Below, one piece after another: positions 25,514 to 38,187 of a stretch of DNA of 64,000 nucleotides (position 1 is its first letter; every line of letters begins with the position of its first letter). The DNA is from Kudoa neothunni (lineage: Eukaryota; Animalia; Cnidaria). The notes beneath the pieces are model-generated. The model was not told the origin of the DNA and searched no databases. It worked only from the letters and a program-made list of their open reading frames with translations. The stretch covers positions 1 through 64,000 of the forward strand of contig OZ199838.1 in NCBI GenBank assembly GCA_964304625.1, given 5' to 3'. The translations under genes and the position numbers were made by a program.

Positions 25514-28500
25514 ACATCGCACACTCAACCCTGCTTTCGATTAGACTGTTCACATGGACGGACAATATGTATGCACAATTCATCGAATCATTCATCGCTA
25601 CGACGAACTAGGCGAATACAAGAGAGGAGAGTTGTGGAAACAACAATATGGCCTGAGTGTGATTTAGAATCACAGTGAATGCATATTTCAAATCGAAATC
25701 CACTTGCTTCTATTTCTTCTCAGGAGTCACACCAACACTCACAACGTAATTGCCGACAAGCAAAGAGAACGGAGACGAGAAGCAAATAGAGTAAGCAATA
25801 GAAATCGACGTGTACATGAGACGACTCAACAGAGTCCTGCAGTGTCACCTATAAATAAACACAATACAGGATCAGACAGTAAATTTGTACCTGAACCTTA
25901 TTACACTCCTGTTCTATTAGGTCAACAAACGCGAAGTATGCCTGATGATACTTGGAATATGGTCGCTTTGCATTACGACCTCTGCTACAACATGGAAATG
26001 AAACGAATATTACAATTTGGAAAATGTCGAAAATTTGTCCAAAATGCCGCGCTAAGAAGTGGATAAACGAATTTTCGGGTATGTGTTGTTCCGGCGGTAA
26101 TGTTATTTTGGACACACTACCTGATTCATCTCATTTTCTATGAAGACTCCGGAATTTCAAGACACTTTCTACAAAATATCCGAAAATACAACTGCACTTT
26201 CCAGATGACATCTTTTGGAGCGAACGTAATTTGTAGGGACAGATTCATGCCTACTTTACTTTTAAGGTTCACGGTCGAATGTGTCATCGAATTGAATCGC
26301 TATTGCCTTCTGAAAATGAGCAACGAAATTCTTGCGATTATATTTCATACAAAACATGTATTTTCAAGCTCAAAATCGATCCAATATGTATCTCTAGCAT
26401 AGGCATGATATTATTTTAGCGCTTCAAGATATGTATGTTACACAGACACACTAGCTACATCCACAGTTTTAGGCATGACTTAGAAATGCACCCGTCTTCT
26501 GATTTTGATATAATTATAAACTCTGATAAGCTTCCACAGGGAGAAAATGAGAGAAAATACAACTCTCCAACTTGAAATGAGGTGGCCATCGCAATGTCGG
26601 ATGAGCAGCATTGTACGAAGGATATTGTTTTGAGGAATAAGGATAACAGAATATAAAGAATAAGCGAAACACACAGATCGTATGATGCATTACAATATCC
26701 ATTAACTAATGTCTATGGTCAAGATGATTACCATTTTTGTATTTCACAAATTGACGCAAACAAAAGTGTTTCATGTCAGAATTTTTATTCTCTCCATTTT
26801 ATGGAAACGGAAAAGAATTTTAACACGCATCATCACTTTAGGACATTATTCCAACAATATGCTGTAGATATGTTTGTGAAGAGGGAATCAGAGAGACTTT
26901 GTTTTATCAGAGCGAAACAAGATGAACTTCGTATTGAATCTTACATCAATTTAATTGATAGCATTAGTAGCAACGGTGAAATAAATGGGCGGGGACGGTT
27001 GTATACTTTGCCATCGACTTTTGTAGGTTCACCATGCTATATGAACGTGAAAATGCAGCCTGTTGTTGTAACTAAGTTATGAATGCTAGCGCCAGTAAAA
27101 GAAAACAGTTTGAAAGTAAAACAACAAAGGGGATTAGACTAATGATAAATTACTACAATGTTTAAATGCTACATTTTTGTATTGAAGCAACCCGCGTTGT
27201 GGCGTGAACTCGTCGTGGAATACGTGATGTTTGGAGATATTCATTTACCGGCGTCTTGTAGGATAAGGTTATGAAATGGATGTTAAGGAATGAGTATTTC
27301 TATTTGTTGAATATTGGGAAGAATCATTTACGATGATTATGAATCACATTAGTCGGTTGCTAGGAAAAAGTTAAGTGTTGTACTTTGGAGCTGGGAGGAG
27401 GTTATAATACTTAACGTTGTTAAAAGAAGAGATTATGTACATGACACTTGCCATGACCTACGTTCGATGTTTTAGAGGGCCAGACCTATTTATAACATTC
27501 ACATGTAATCCATTTTGGAGTTAACTGAATGAAGAGTTATTTCCTAGCCAAGCATCTAAAGGGAGACTGGACATAGTAGATAGAGTATTCAACTTGAAGT
27601 TAAATGTTTTGATGATTTTAATTCATAAATTGAAGTTTTATGGTGAAATTCAGTGTTATATGTATAGTATTGAGTGACAGAAAAGAGGGCTTCCACACGC
27701 TCATATATTGATCTAGATGAACCAGAAACTGCGTTCCAATGATATCGACAAATTCATATCGAACGAATTACCAGACCCAGGTGTAGATCCAGTATTGCTC
27801 CAGATTGTAAGAACAACCATGGTCTCTGTGGTGCGTTGAATCCAAAAAGCCCATACATGTATGATCAGAGAGAATGCACCAAAAACTATCACAGACGGAC
27901 ACTGAAAGATATCATGTTTACAGAAGACCTGAAGATGGGGTTTTGGTGCGTCAATCCATCTGAACAACGATAGGGAAATCATCATAGAAAATAAGTGGAT
28001 TGTTCCCTATTGTCCTTTGTTGACGAAGATTTTCAATACTCATATTAATGTAGAGTATTACAATTCAGTCAAGACCCCCAAATATATATGCAAGTATGTA
28101 AACAAAGGTTTTGATGCGACCATGTTTGCTGCTAATCAAGAAGATCGTTTGGATGAAGTTTCCAATTACCAGCCTGGTCGCTACATAAGCAGTAGTGAGG
28201 GATTTCGGAGAACGGTCAGCGTATTTATTTCACCGACGAAACTTTGTTGAATCGGTTACAAAATCCAAAGGGACACGAGATTAACCGCTTTTTCAGCCTA
28301 TGCCAGAATGACGAATTCGCTCTGTCTCATCTTATTACATATGGTCGGATAATAGTTTGGCATTGGGAAAAGAGGATGTCCAGTTGAAGGCCATCCAGGC
28401 ATACGATTCGACTCTACAATAGGAAGAGTTTACAGTGTACATCTTTCACATCAAGAATGTTTTTATTTGAGGATGTTGCTCCATTGTGTAAATGGGCCTA

Positions 28501-30340
28501 AAACTTTTGAAAATCATAAAAAGGTTCACGGCCAGGTATATCCAATATTCCTTGAAGCGTGCAATGAAAGTGATTTGTTGAAGGGAGACAACCACTGAGA
28601 ATGTATATTAAGGGAAGCTGCTCATGCAAACAGTCCACGTCAATTACGAAAATTATTCGCACAGTTGATCAGAAATTGCGAAATGCGCCAGCTTCATAAA
28701 CTGTGGTTACTTTTTAGGAAACCTATGTCGGAAGGTTAGCGGTATCAACTGTAACAAACCAGTTTAATGCCAAAGGTGATTTTTAATTCTGACATTTTTA
28801 ACATGACCCTAATTGACACAGACAACACTTGATTCAAATGGATGGAGTAATGTTAAATTCATACGGATTTCCTCATTTGGACAAAACATTTTGCGTCCCT
28901 CTTCCAAACGAAATCCAGAGAGAGTTTCCTACAACACTGAACAATTATCCGAGTTGGTTGAAATAAACATGACGAAACTGACAACTGACCGACAATTTGC
29001 ATTCAAAACAGTGTTGGGGAGCATTTATTACGATATAGGTGTTTGTAACGTTTTTTTTTTGGTGCACCAGGTAATATAGTTCAGAAATTAATGACAAAAC
29101 TTTTATTTGCCTAATTAAGAATAGATTCTAAAATTTTCTCGCTGTTGCTTCTCCGGGTATTGCAGCCACTTTATTACCAGGGAATGGCACGGCCCACAGT
29201 ATATTTATGTTGCTAATCGCGATTAAGGGTGATGGTGCCGAAGTATGTGCAATCAGAAAGGAAGCAGGTTTGTCCCAATTGTTGACCAGATGCACGATCA
29301 TCATATGGGATGAATGTACGTTGGCAAACAGAGTGTTTTTCGTAGCTTTAAATAGAAGAATAAGGGATTTAGCATACAAAAACATTCCATTTGGCGGAAT
29401 CACAATGATTTTGTCCGGCGATTTTAGTTAAACTCTACCCTTAATAACGAGAGGTACAAGATATGACCAAGTAAAATGTTCCATAAAGTTCTCTTCCACA
29501 TGGGCAAACGTTAAACCATCCATCTCACCGCCAATATTTGAGTGCAAATCATCAACGAATAAGGAGCCAGTCAATCTATTTCAGAAATACTACGGATTGG
29601 TGATGATCAACTTACCATTGAGTCCGATGGATGTATCCTCTATGCTCCGTGCCAAACCTGGTTTTGTTCATGGATGAATTGATAGACCGTATTTTACTAG
29701 AAATACAAACAAACTTTTCATACTCAAATTGGCTCTCAGAACGAACTATCTAAACCCCCACAAACCATTCCGTAAACAAAATCGATGATAGATTGATTCG
29801 TCTTATTCCAGGCGACTCTTCAGTGTATAAACCATATGTCACTGTTGTGAACAAATATCAGTGTGTCAATTTCCCTGTTGAATTCCTCAACAGTCTAGAC
29901 TCTAGAGCTTTCGGGGGTTCCTTCGCACAAGATTCTTCTAAAGTTAGCCATTCCAATTATATTGATAAGAAGTTTAGATTCACCAAGGTTGTGTTACGGC
30001 ACTCGTTTAATGGTAAAGTCGCTAATGTCTTATCTTATTTTGGCCACTATCGTAACTGGTTGTGCCTAAGAGAATGTAAATATTCCGATTGCCCCTTCAG
30101 ACGCCACCTTTAATTTTAGAAGACTGCTATTTCCCATCAAACCATGCTTTGCAATGTTCGTAAATAAGACCCAGGGGGAAACCTTCAAAGTTGCCAATTT
30201 AAATTTGGAGGAACCGCGTTTTTCTCATGAGCAGTTGTATGTCGCCAACTCCAGGGTAGGTTCCAAACACAATTTATACAGTTTTTCTCCAAATGAATGG
30301 TCGGACCAAAAATATAGTTTATAGGGAGATATTACGGTAA
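25514..30340 (+). pseudogene. Helitron Rep/PIF1-helicase pseudogene (element probably extends to a 3' hairpin near 31660-31690)
   Basis: CPKCRAKKW..GMCC zinc finger, YNCTFQMTSFG, QQYAVDM, PDLFITFTCNP, HUH motif E*QKRGLPHAH, YICKY, helicase IIWDECT, ILSGDF, NKTQG and QLYVANSRV, ending KNIVYREILR*. Heavily disrupted. Confidence 0.92.
27064..27446. mobile_element. probable solo LTR inserted in the Helitron Rep gene
   Basis: A 383-bp non-Helitron block with TGT...ACA ends splits the conserved motif GSPxYM..MQ / AMTYVR. The flanks CCTGT and CTTGC could be a degenerate 5-bp TSD. Confidence 0.55.
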
Positions 30341-30449
30341 CTGGCTATGCTATCATTTCTTATCTTTATGGATCTTACTCGCCTATTTAAATTCAGTGTT
30401 TATATAAATTTCATTCAAATTTATTTATATGAAACAATGTTTCTTTGAT

Positions 30450-31200
30450 TTTATTTTTCGGAATATATCTACCATGTTATGTGGAACATTATTGTATCAT
30501 CATTAAGCGATATAAGTAGAAACTTTACACGACACACTTTTGTTTGCCAATTTTTGGAGTGCAAAACTGATAACATTCATCATCCCCGACATTTAATTTT
30601 GGGTGTTGCAGTAGGTTATGCGATTATTGTGCTTCGATTATTGTTTGAAGTGTGTTGCGTTAATTTTACAAAAAAAATGTCTAATACTTCACGCTGCTGA
30701 TCTAACTTTATGGGGACCATTAATAGTGACTTGAAGTGTTATATCAACCTCTATTTACTTAAGAATGCCATTAGTATCTTTCATTGAAATAGGATGAGAA
30801 ATTGGGTGGATTTCCAAACAATCTAAAAATGGTAGGTTTGGCTATTTTGCTTGTTAAACATATCTTGGTTGTTAGAAAAATACGTATCTGTATCTATTCT
30901 GGGAACGTGTTGCTGATCAATTCTGAGTTTGCATATGCAAATCTTCCAAGAAGTACATTTTGTAAAATGTCGGTTCGCCATCGTCTTAAAGCTACTACGA
31001 TCCAATTCCAAGACCAATTTGACCCCAAATCTTAAAGTAACAACAAATCCTGATTAAATAAACGCGTTAGATCTAAAAGTGGCTTTGTATTATGTTGTTA
31101 TATCTTTGAATATGCTTGTGGAAGTATTTTGAATTTTGTTTGTCTGCATTTTTCAAAATTTAGTGTTTGACGAAATTTCGCTGGTAAGAGTTTATAAGAT
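30450..31200 (-). pseudogene. possible hAT (ZNF862-like) transposase C-terminal remnant
   Basis: Minus-strand LQVTINGP resembles the LxIxINGP motif of this hAT group; otherwise heavily decayed. Confidence 0.3.
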
Positions 31201-31734
31201 TTAATGTTAAAAATTTAATCTACCACATTGTTATAAGTATGATTCAACTAACAGGCCCCTAAAAGAATTCAAGTGAGAATTCAATTTCTTATTCTATATC
31301 CCTTTATACGTTGACTGTATAGTTGTATTCCGGTGTAATTCCTCACGTATACGTTGATTTCTATTTGCTTTTCATGGTTTCTTAAAACCACGGATGCAGC
31401 AAATAATGATGATGAGATTTAAACGAAATGAGGTTCATTTATTTGTATTAGGTTTTTTTCTTTTTCTTCTTAAATATAAAAACTAATTACATTATTAAGT
31501 AAAATTTTGTTATATTTCGTTTATGGCTGTTTATTTTGCGCAGTAAATTTTCGACAAATATTTGTGCTATTAACATAATGAAACGTTTATTATTTTAAAA
31601 AATATAATTTAAATCATTTTTTTTTTCAATTTTTTTCCTGAATTAGATATTCCCAAAACCTCGAGCGTAGCCGGGTATAACGACTCATGTTTGTATTATT
31701 TATCTAAATATTCTTAATTTACTTTAAACTGACA

Positions 31735-31812
31735 TGACCATGACCTACTCAGGGCTTTAGTCTACTTGGCCGGGCAAGGAAGTTCGCGCGAAGCGGGGCT
31801 TTGTCGCTATAG
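31735..31812 (+). mobile_element. Helitron 3'-end remnant
   Basis: ggccgggcaaggaagttcgcgcgaagcggggctttgtcgctatagt is homologous to the 18932/49481 terminus in the opposite orientation. Confidence 0.6.
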
Positions 31813-31974
31813 TTTTATAATTAGCTGTTAAAAACTTATTCCTAAAAACATTAAAAGAATTCCCCCCAGATTGTTATTGATTTTAATATCCCCACATAAT
31901 ATAATTCCTAAGGAATTATATCATGCATCCCAAACCGATTATGCAAAAATTTATACATCTAATTTTGACGTTAC

Positions 31975-32041
31975 TTAGTTTACCCCCTGTCTTTTATATT
32001 TTACTCCCAAGGGTAAATTTATCCCCGGTTGAGAACGCCTG
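31975..32041. mobile_element. hAT-like MITE end
   Basis: gggtaaatttatccccggttgagaacgcctg; the reverse complement CAGGCGTTCTCAACC resembles Charlie/Buster-type hAT TIRs. Confidence 0.4.
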
Positions 32042-32786
32042 CGTTAAAGGGTTAATGGTATCAATGAAGGTTCTGCAATTTTAATTTTGGGAAAAATTAA
32101 AAAAATAATCATTAATTATCTATTACACTTATATACTTATACATTTATTCATTTTTGTCCATTCATATCTCATATAATGAAAATTCTTGATAAGTATTTG
32201 TGATGAATTAATTGATAATGTCAAAATGCTTCTCATTGAATGTCTCCATCTTTATATAATTCCATCCATCAAATAGAGATGAATTTATTCATTTTGTTTT
32301 TATTTGATCATTTAGTTTAATTTAATATGAATAGAAAGACAATGCATTATCGGTGATGATGATGATGATTTGATTATATTTGATCACGTGGAATTTAATA
32401 ATCTAAAAACCTTCGGGTATTAATTGTGACTGTGACTTTCATATTTAGAATACAAAAGTTATGCTATTAATAATTACTTATTAAATCAAAACTTTTAAAA
32501 CTATTAAATTTAAAGAAAATTATAATTCCACAAAAATAAATAACTAACAATTAAATATCCTAAATGTAATACACTTACAAATTGCACTACAATACATTTT
32601 ATTAAAATTGAATAGCATTCATTCCTTCTATTATTAATTATCTATACAGACTCCTATTATAGATATAATTTGTATAAGCTGATTAAAACATTTCTTGTAT
32701 ATATTTACGATTGTGTAATAACCTAATAAACTAATCTAACAAACTGCCGATAAGGAAAGTCAGAAGCCATAACAAAATTTTCGACT

Positions 32787-35700
32787 ATGTTCAATCAACT
32801 AATATGTAAAAACTATTATTATTTAGATTGACTAATTAGTTGCATAGACTCCGTGTTGTTGATGACATTGTCATCTTATTCCACTACTCCTCTAATAGAC
32901 TATAGTGATAGACACGGTGCGTGTCATTACTATAACGTAACAAGGAATAACTATCTTATACAACGTGAATTATTAACATCATTATCTCAACGTTGCAGTA
33001 AACGGTTGAATTTCCTTCAAAACAGCAAGAAAAATTATGAATCTCACACAGATATAATGAATACGAAGATGTTGCATGATATGTATAATATATACAAATT
33101 TTGGGGGATTCATTGGTTTAAAATCTATGAAGTAGAACTATTTAAACAATATACTAAAGGCGGGTCAATAGTGCAAAAGGATATTGATACTCGAAATCGT
33201 TGCGAAAGAGCCGTCAATTGTCTCAAAAGCATCAAGAATATATTTCCCTTGATAAATAATTTTTTAGAACATTCTAAGAAAGCACAAACATTATTAAACA
33301 CAGATATCGAATTTTTCCAACATGTAACTCGTGAGGATTATAATGATTGTATGTCTCATCAATTAAGTCTGGATATACAAACTTCAATTCCAAAAATGCA
33401 AAATTCCACACATATAATACAAGTTTCCATACAAAATCTAAATAGTTATTATGAAAAAACATATCACTGCAAGAATGATCCCACTGTTGAGCTTATTGCG
33501 TCAATTGAAGAGAGAAAACAAAACATGTTTCCTTTCTATACTAAAATGACAGAGGCAATGGTTCCATACTTTGGAAAAATAAAATCTGATATGCAATCGT
33601 TTATCACAAAGTACAATCAAGAATTGTTTGAAAGTTATTTGAGTAATTCTCAAAATTTCAATTCAATTCTACGTAATTTGAACATTGGAAGCGTGTCGAT
33701 CAACAAAGCAGATGAAATTCAAAGTTTGCTGAAAAAAACACAAAGTGATTTTTCAACAACGACTTATATCTCGCCTGATTTGTCGAATAAAATGACACAA
33801 ATAATTGATAAACTAAAAGCAGCGCTTGAATCGTATAAAAATCAGATTACCAAAACTAACGAACTTCAAACTGAAATTAAGAAAACAATACAAAATATAG
33901 AAAAATTACCTAAAGCCACTTCTGATGCCATTAAACGCATAAAACCTATAAAAGAGAAAATTGATGATTATATATCACAAATTGACCAACTCCCGTCAAT
34001 ATCCGGATTACGAAAGCGAATGTTTGCCGGTAAACGATTAAACAATCTAATTCAAAACTTTTTGAATACAGAACAATTATTTGGCAAAAAATCAAATCTT
34101 GAGTTTGAAGATGTTGAAAAATTGTATACTCAAGTTGCTAAAGATGTTAAACAGTGGGAAAAAACTTTCAACCAATTGAAAACTGAGAATACAGCTACTT
34201 TAAATACCTACCAAACGTTGAAATCTGAAATCAAAACCATAACAACAGTAGAAATTCCACAGTATCAAAGAAAACTTAATCAGGGAAAATTAGATAAAAT
34301 GCTACCCTTTACAAATCCCGCCACCAAATTGAATGATATTGATATTCGAAACGAGAAATTGTTAAGCAATATGGCTTCTCATGAATCCATCATTGATTCT
34401 AATAAATTAACAACAATAGAGGATAGTTTGACCACAGCGTATAAAACCTTACAAGAAGTAAGGACTAATAATGATAATTACAGATTGTCAGTCTCCAAAA
34501 ATAAACCCTCATTCCTCAAAACCAAAGCTAGTGATTTATCCAGCTTGTTTTCTAACATGGTTGGTGTAACCGAACGTAAATTAGACGAAATTAAACTAAA
34601 AATTGGGGATTTAAAATCCAAACTTGTTGATATTAAATCCCAAATAAACGAAAGTAGGCCATCTAAAAATGATATCAACAGACGTTCTCAAAAATTAACC
34701 CAAGATTATGCCAATATAGAACAAGCAAAAAAACGAATATCAGCTGAGATAAATACACCGCCTGATCAATTTGAAGCATTGATCTCAAAAGAAACTTTAA
34801 GTTTAAATTTCAGTCTAGATGAACACACTAAAAAACTATCAGATGATATGAAAAACTATGAAAAATCCTGTGAAAACATTGGGCACAATATTTCGACGAT
34901 AGTTGATGCGATTAACAACGTGAAATTACTGAAAGATAGTTATGAAACAGAAGTTAAGAATATTAAAAGTTTGCATTTCAGTATGGTGGAATCACTTGGC
35001 TCTGAACTGAAAACAGCCGAAATCAAGGAACAAACTCTTTTCGCAACTTACAGAAACGAACTCGACGATTTATTTAAAAAATACAAGGAAGTCATACAAG
35101 AACAAAAAGACAATTATAAAATAGATGAGGATTATTATACAAACTCCATCAGAAAAGCTAACGATAAAGTAAATGAAATTAAAAGAATTAGCGATAGTCA
35201 ACAAATTGCGCAACTTTTAGATGGAAAACTCTCGGTAAATAATAATTTTTTGACTTTCAATAACATGAATATCGCGAATAATAAATATGTGACTCAAAAA
35301 GAGGCTGAACTGAACAATACTGAAGGTGAATATTCGTCAATTTCTACCAGCTATGACGTGAGTAGCGCAGCTTTGGAAACCATCAAGAGTGCAATTTCGT
35401 ATCTACTTAAAAGCTATAATGAACTTTATAGTGAGAATTCTGCGTTAATAAACACCGAGACAGCGAATAAAATTATAAAAGCTAACGCTGAATTGAAAAA
35501 CAATTTTGAATTATTCAAAACCACAACCGACATTATGGGACAAAAATTGACACAATTGTCCACGATCGAAAACCGCATAACTAGTGAGATTGCTGATGGA
35601 AAACGAATGATTGGCGAGCGCTCCAAAAGCGTTACCAATGAAAAAATTAAACACGACTCATTCTTTGAGGAACTGGAGTCACTCAAACAAACAGCCTTAA

Positions 35701-36677
35701 AAATTAATGAAGCTAATAGAATACTCGGTGAAAAGAAGAGAAATCTTGCAGAATTCTTGGAATCTTCCAAAACTCTACATGAAACAAACATTGATACGAT
35801 AGAGAATAAAAAAAACGAAATTTCAACTCTTGGTCAATCGCAGACTGTTATATTAAAAAAAAAACAAGCTGAAACTTTGGAAAAATACAATGAATACGAT
35901 CGAGCCCATAAAGTGCTTGTAGTCAAAGCCGAAAATTCAAAATTCGATTTTAACGAAGATTTTGGAGCAATATATAATAAAATTGGAGTTTTAAAACAAA
36001 GTTTGGATGACATTTTTAAAGAAAATATTGAAAAAATTTCAAATGCTGTTTTGGAAGGGTCGAATCATTATAATGGTGAGAAGACTACTCTTAATGGTGG
36101 ATATAACGACAAGAAATCTAAAGCCGACGGCTTCTTAACACAAATTGATTCATTATCAAAGAAAATTGTTCCAATAACCACATGGAATGAGTTTGATGTT
36201 ACATACCAAGAATACACCACATTAATCTCATCAATCGATAGTTTCCTAGATCAAAATAAAAAATCTGTTGAAATTAACGAATATAATGTCGAAATCCAAG
36301 CGACTATTCACGCCGAAGTAGAAGCGTTTATGAAAGATCTTGAAGTTGCCTTAGATGGTGATAAAAAACGATTTGAGATTTTAGAAAAAAACGCATCGTC
36401 AACTGGAGAAATTGAAGTTGAAAGACAAAAGAAGGATGAATCCGAAATGTCTGTCCAACTTGAAGATTTCAAAATGGAACCTAGTGATTCAGATAGCTAC
36501 GTCGCAACCATAGGAGAGTCTAAAAATATATCATCACAAGATTATTTCAAGACTATTATGGCAATTTCTGCGGTGGTCTTGGTTGCTATGGCAATCGCTG
36601 GTGCTGTAATACGATACAGAAGCGTCAAAAAGAATGAAATTTACGAAAAATGTGAAAATATTTACGTCAAAGCATGA
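32787..36677 (+). CDS. orphan 1282-aa type I single-pass membrane protein: signal peptide, long alpha-helical/coiled-coil ectodomain, TM helix, short Tyr-motif tail
   Basis: Exon 1 is 32787-32805 (ATG), the intron is 32806-32847 (42 nt, GTAAAA..GACTAAT..CATAG) and exon 2 is 32848-36677 (TGA). Splicing gives MFNQLIYSVLLMTLSSYS, which is signal-peptide-like. The 3.8-kb exon is uninterrupted and K/E/N/I/L-rich with heptad-like character. TM IMAISAVVLVAMAIAGAVI; tail RYRSVKKNEIYEKCENIYVKA. Confidence 0.9.
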
Positions 36678-36822
36678 TAGTAATACGAAAATGTTATACA
36701 CGGAACTAAGTTATTTAGGTTATTCGTATTTATTTCAATAGTAGTATTAATTTGTTCCGTTAAATCATGTGTTTAAATGGCTTATTATGACATTTTCATT
36801 ATAAGAAATTTTGGTTACACAA

Positions 36823-37867
36823 TCAACTATATATAAAAAGTTGTGGTGTCCATGTGTGTGCGTATGTTTGTTCGTTCGTTTAGGAAAGTACGCATGCGCG
36901 GAAATTTTGTTCTTGATGGAAGCCTATACATGAACTTTTAATAGTGTTTGTATTTTTAAAGAATTAATATGTTAAAAACTACACATATTATTTATTCATA
37001 GTATTTTTATTCCAGTATATGTAAGTGGTTTGATTTTGTCAGCCTCGTTAAATGTGGATTAAAATCGTCATTTAATGAGTTAACTCGGTCAAAACAAATT
37101 ATAATAACGTTAAATAGTTAATTTTACTGAGTTACACACATTTATGTCGCATTCTTTCCTTATAATACATTTAACATTATAACAAATTAATAATTTAGTT
37201 TACGGGGTTTCAGTATAATGGTTAAATAGACTCATATTTTTAGAAATACGCGATTAAGACAAATGAAATGGCTCGTGGATCACGAATAAACTGACCACTA
37301 AATTGGTCGTATACTTTTGAAATGATATATACTTATCATATTAAACTTAGTTTACTCTCATGAATTATAGAGAAGCTAACAGGTGTATTTTTTAAAGAAT
37401 ATGCTACGAATGTTTCATGTTAATATAAAAAGTGATCGTGCTTTGAAAGAATTTTCTTTAATTAATGGCTTTTAACAAATACAGCTGTTCCGACCAAAAA
37501 ATCTATGGAGAAATATTTTCTGTAACGAGATAAAAATAGATTTTAAAGAATAAGGTTCGTTTTAAATTTTCAATAGGCAATTCTATAAAATATGGTTAAT
37601 TGGGCTAAATTTATTTGATTGAAAAAAATTTATGATGGAAATTAATTAATTTACTTATTATTCTAATTACTTAACCGTTAAAATGCCCACGCTATTATTT
37701 ATAGGCGCCAATTTTTACATTAGAAAAAAAAAACTTGCGTATAGAATGTAGATAGTTGTTAATTTTTTGAGTAATATTTTTTGGTCCACACATATATCGA
37801 TTTAAATTCCTTTTAAAGGTGAAAATGGATTTCAACTAACTGAGAAAAGCCAATGGTTTTGCGCTAG
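36823..37867 (+). mobile_element. non-autonomous Helitron
   Basis: A|TCAACTATATATAAAAAG..GTGTGTGCGTATGTTTG..CGCATGCGC at the 5' end and GGTTTTGCGCTAG|T at the 3' end; inserted between A and T. Confidence 0.7.
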
Positions 37868-37953
37868 TTTTAAATAATATTTCAAAAATTAATCATTATT
37901 GATTCAAAATCTTTATTTATTAATTAGTGGGATAATAACTGGTACAGCTGGTA

Positions 37954-38020
37954 TTAACCTCCGAGCGCCTCAAAATCGACTATACATTTGGTGCTGTTTG
38001 GAGTCAAATTGACCTCAGAT
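37954..38020 (-). mobile_element. orphan piggyBac terminus (related to the right end of 5972-8277)
   Basis: ttaacctccgagcgcctcaaaatcgactatac...ggagtcaaattgacctc matches the reverse complement of 8218-8281. Confidence 0.65.
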
Positions 38021-38187
38021 TTTTATTGCATAATTGAATACAATAAATAATTATTTAATCGTTTGGAAAATCAAATAAAAATTTAACGACAGATTTCTGT
38101 TGTGTTCCTATCAAGAACTCCATCAATTTCGTACGAAATAGTCCGAACTCGTACGAATTCTCAGGCACAATCTACGTTTCTCTTATA

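Noticed and set aside
33274-35791. Minus-strand ORFs inside the large gene
   Set aside because: Antisense shadows of the real coding strand with no motifs.
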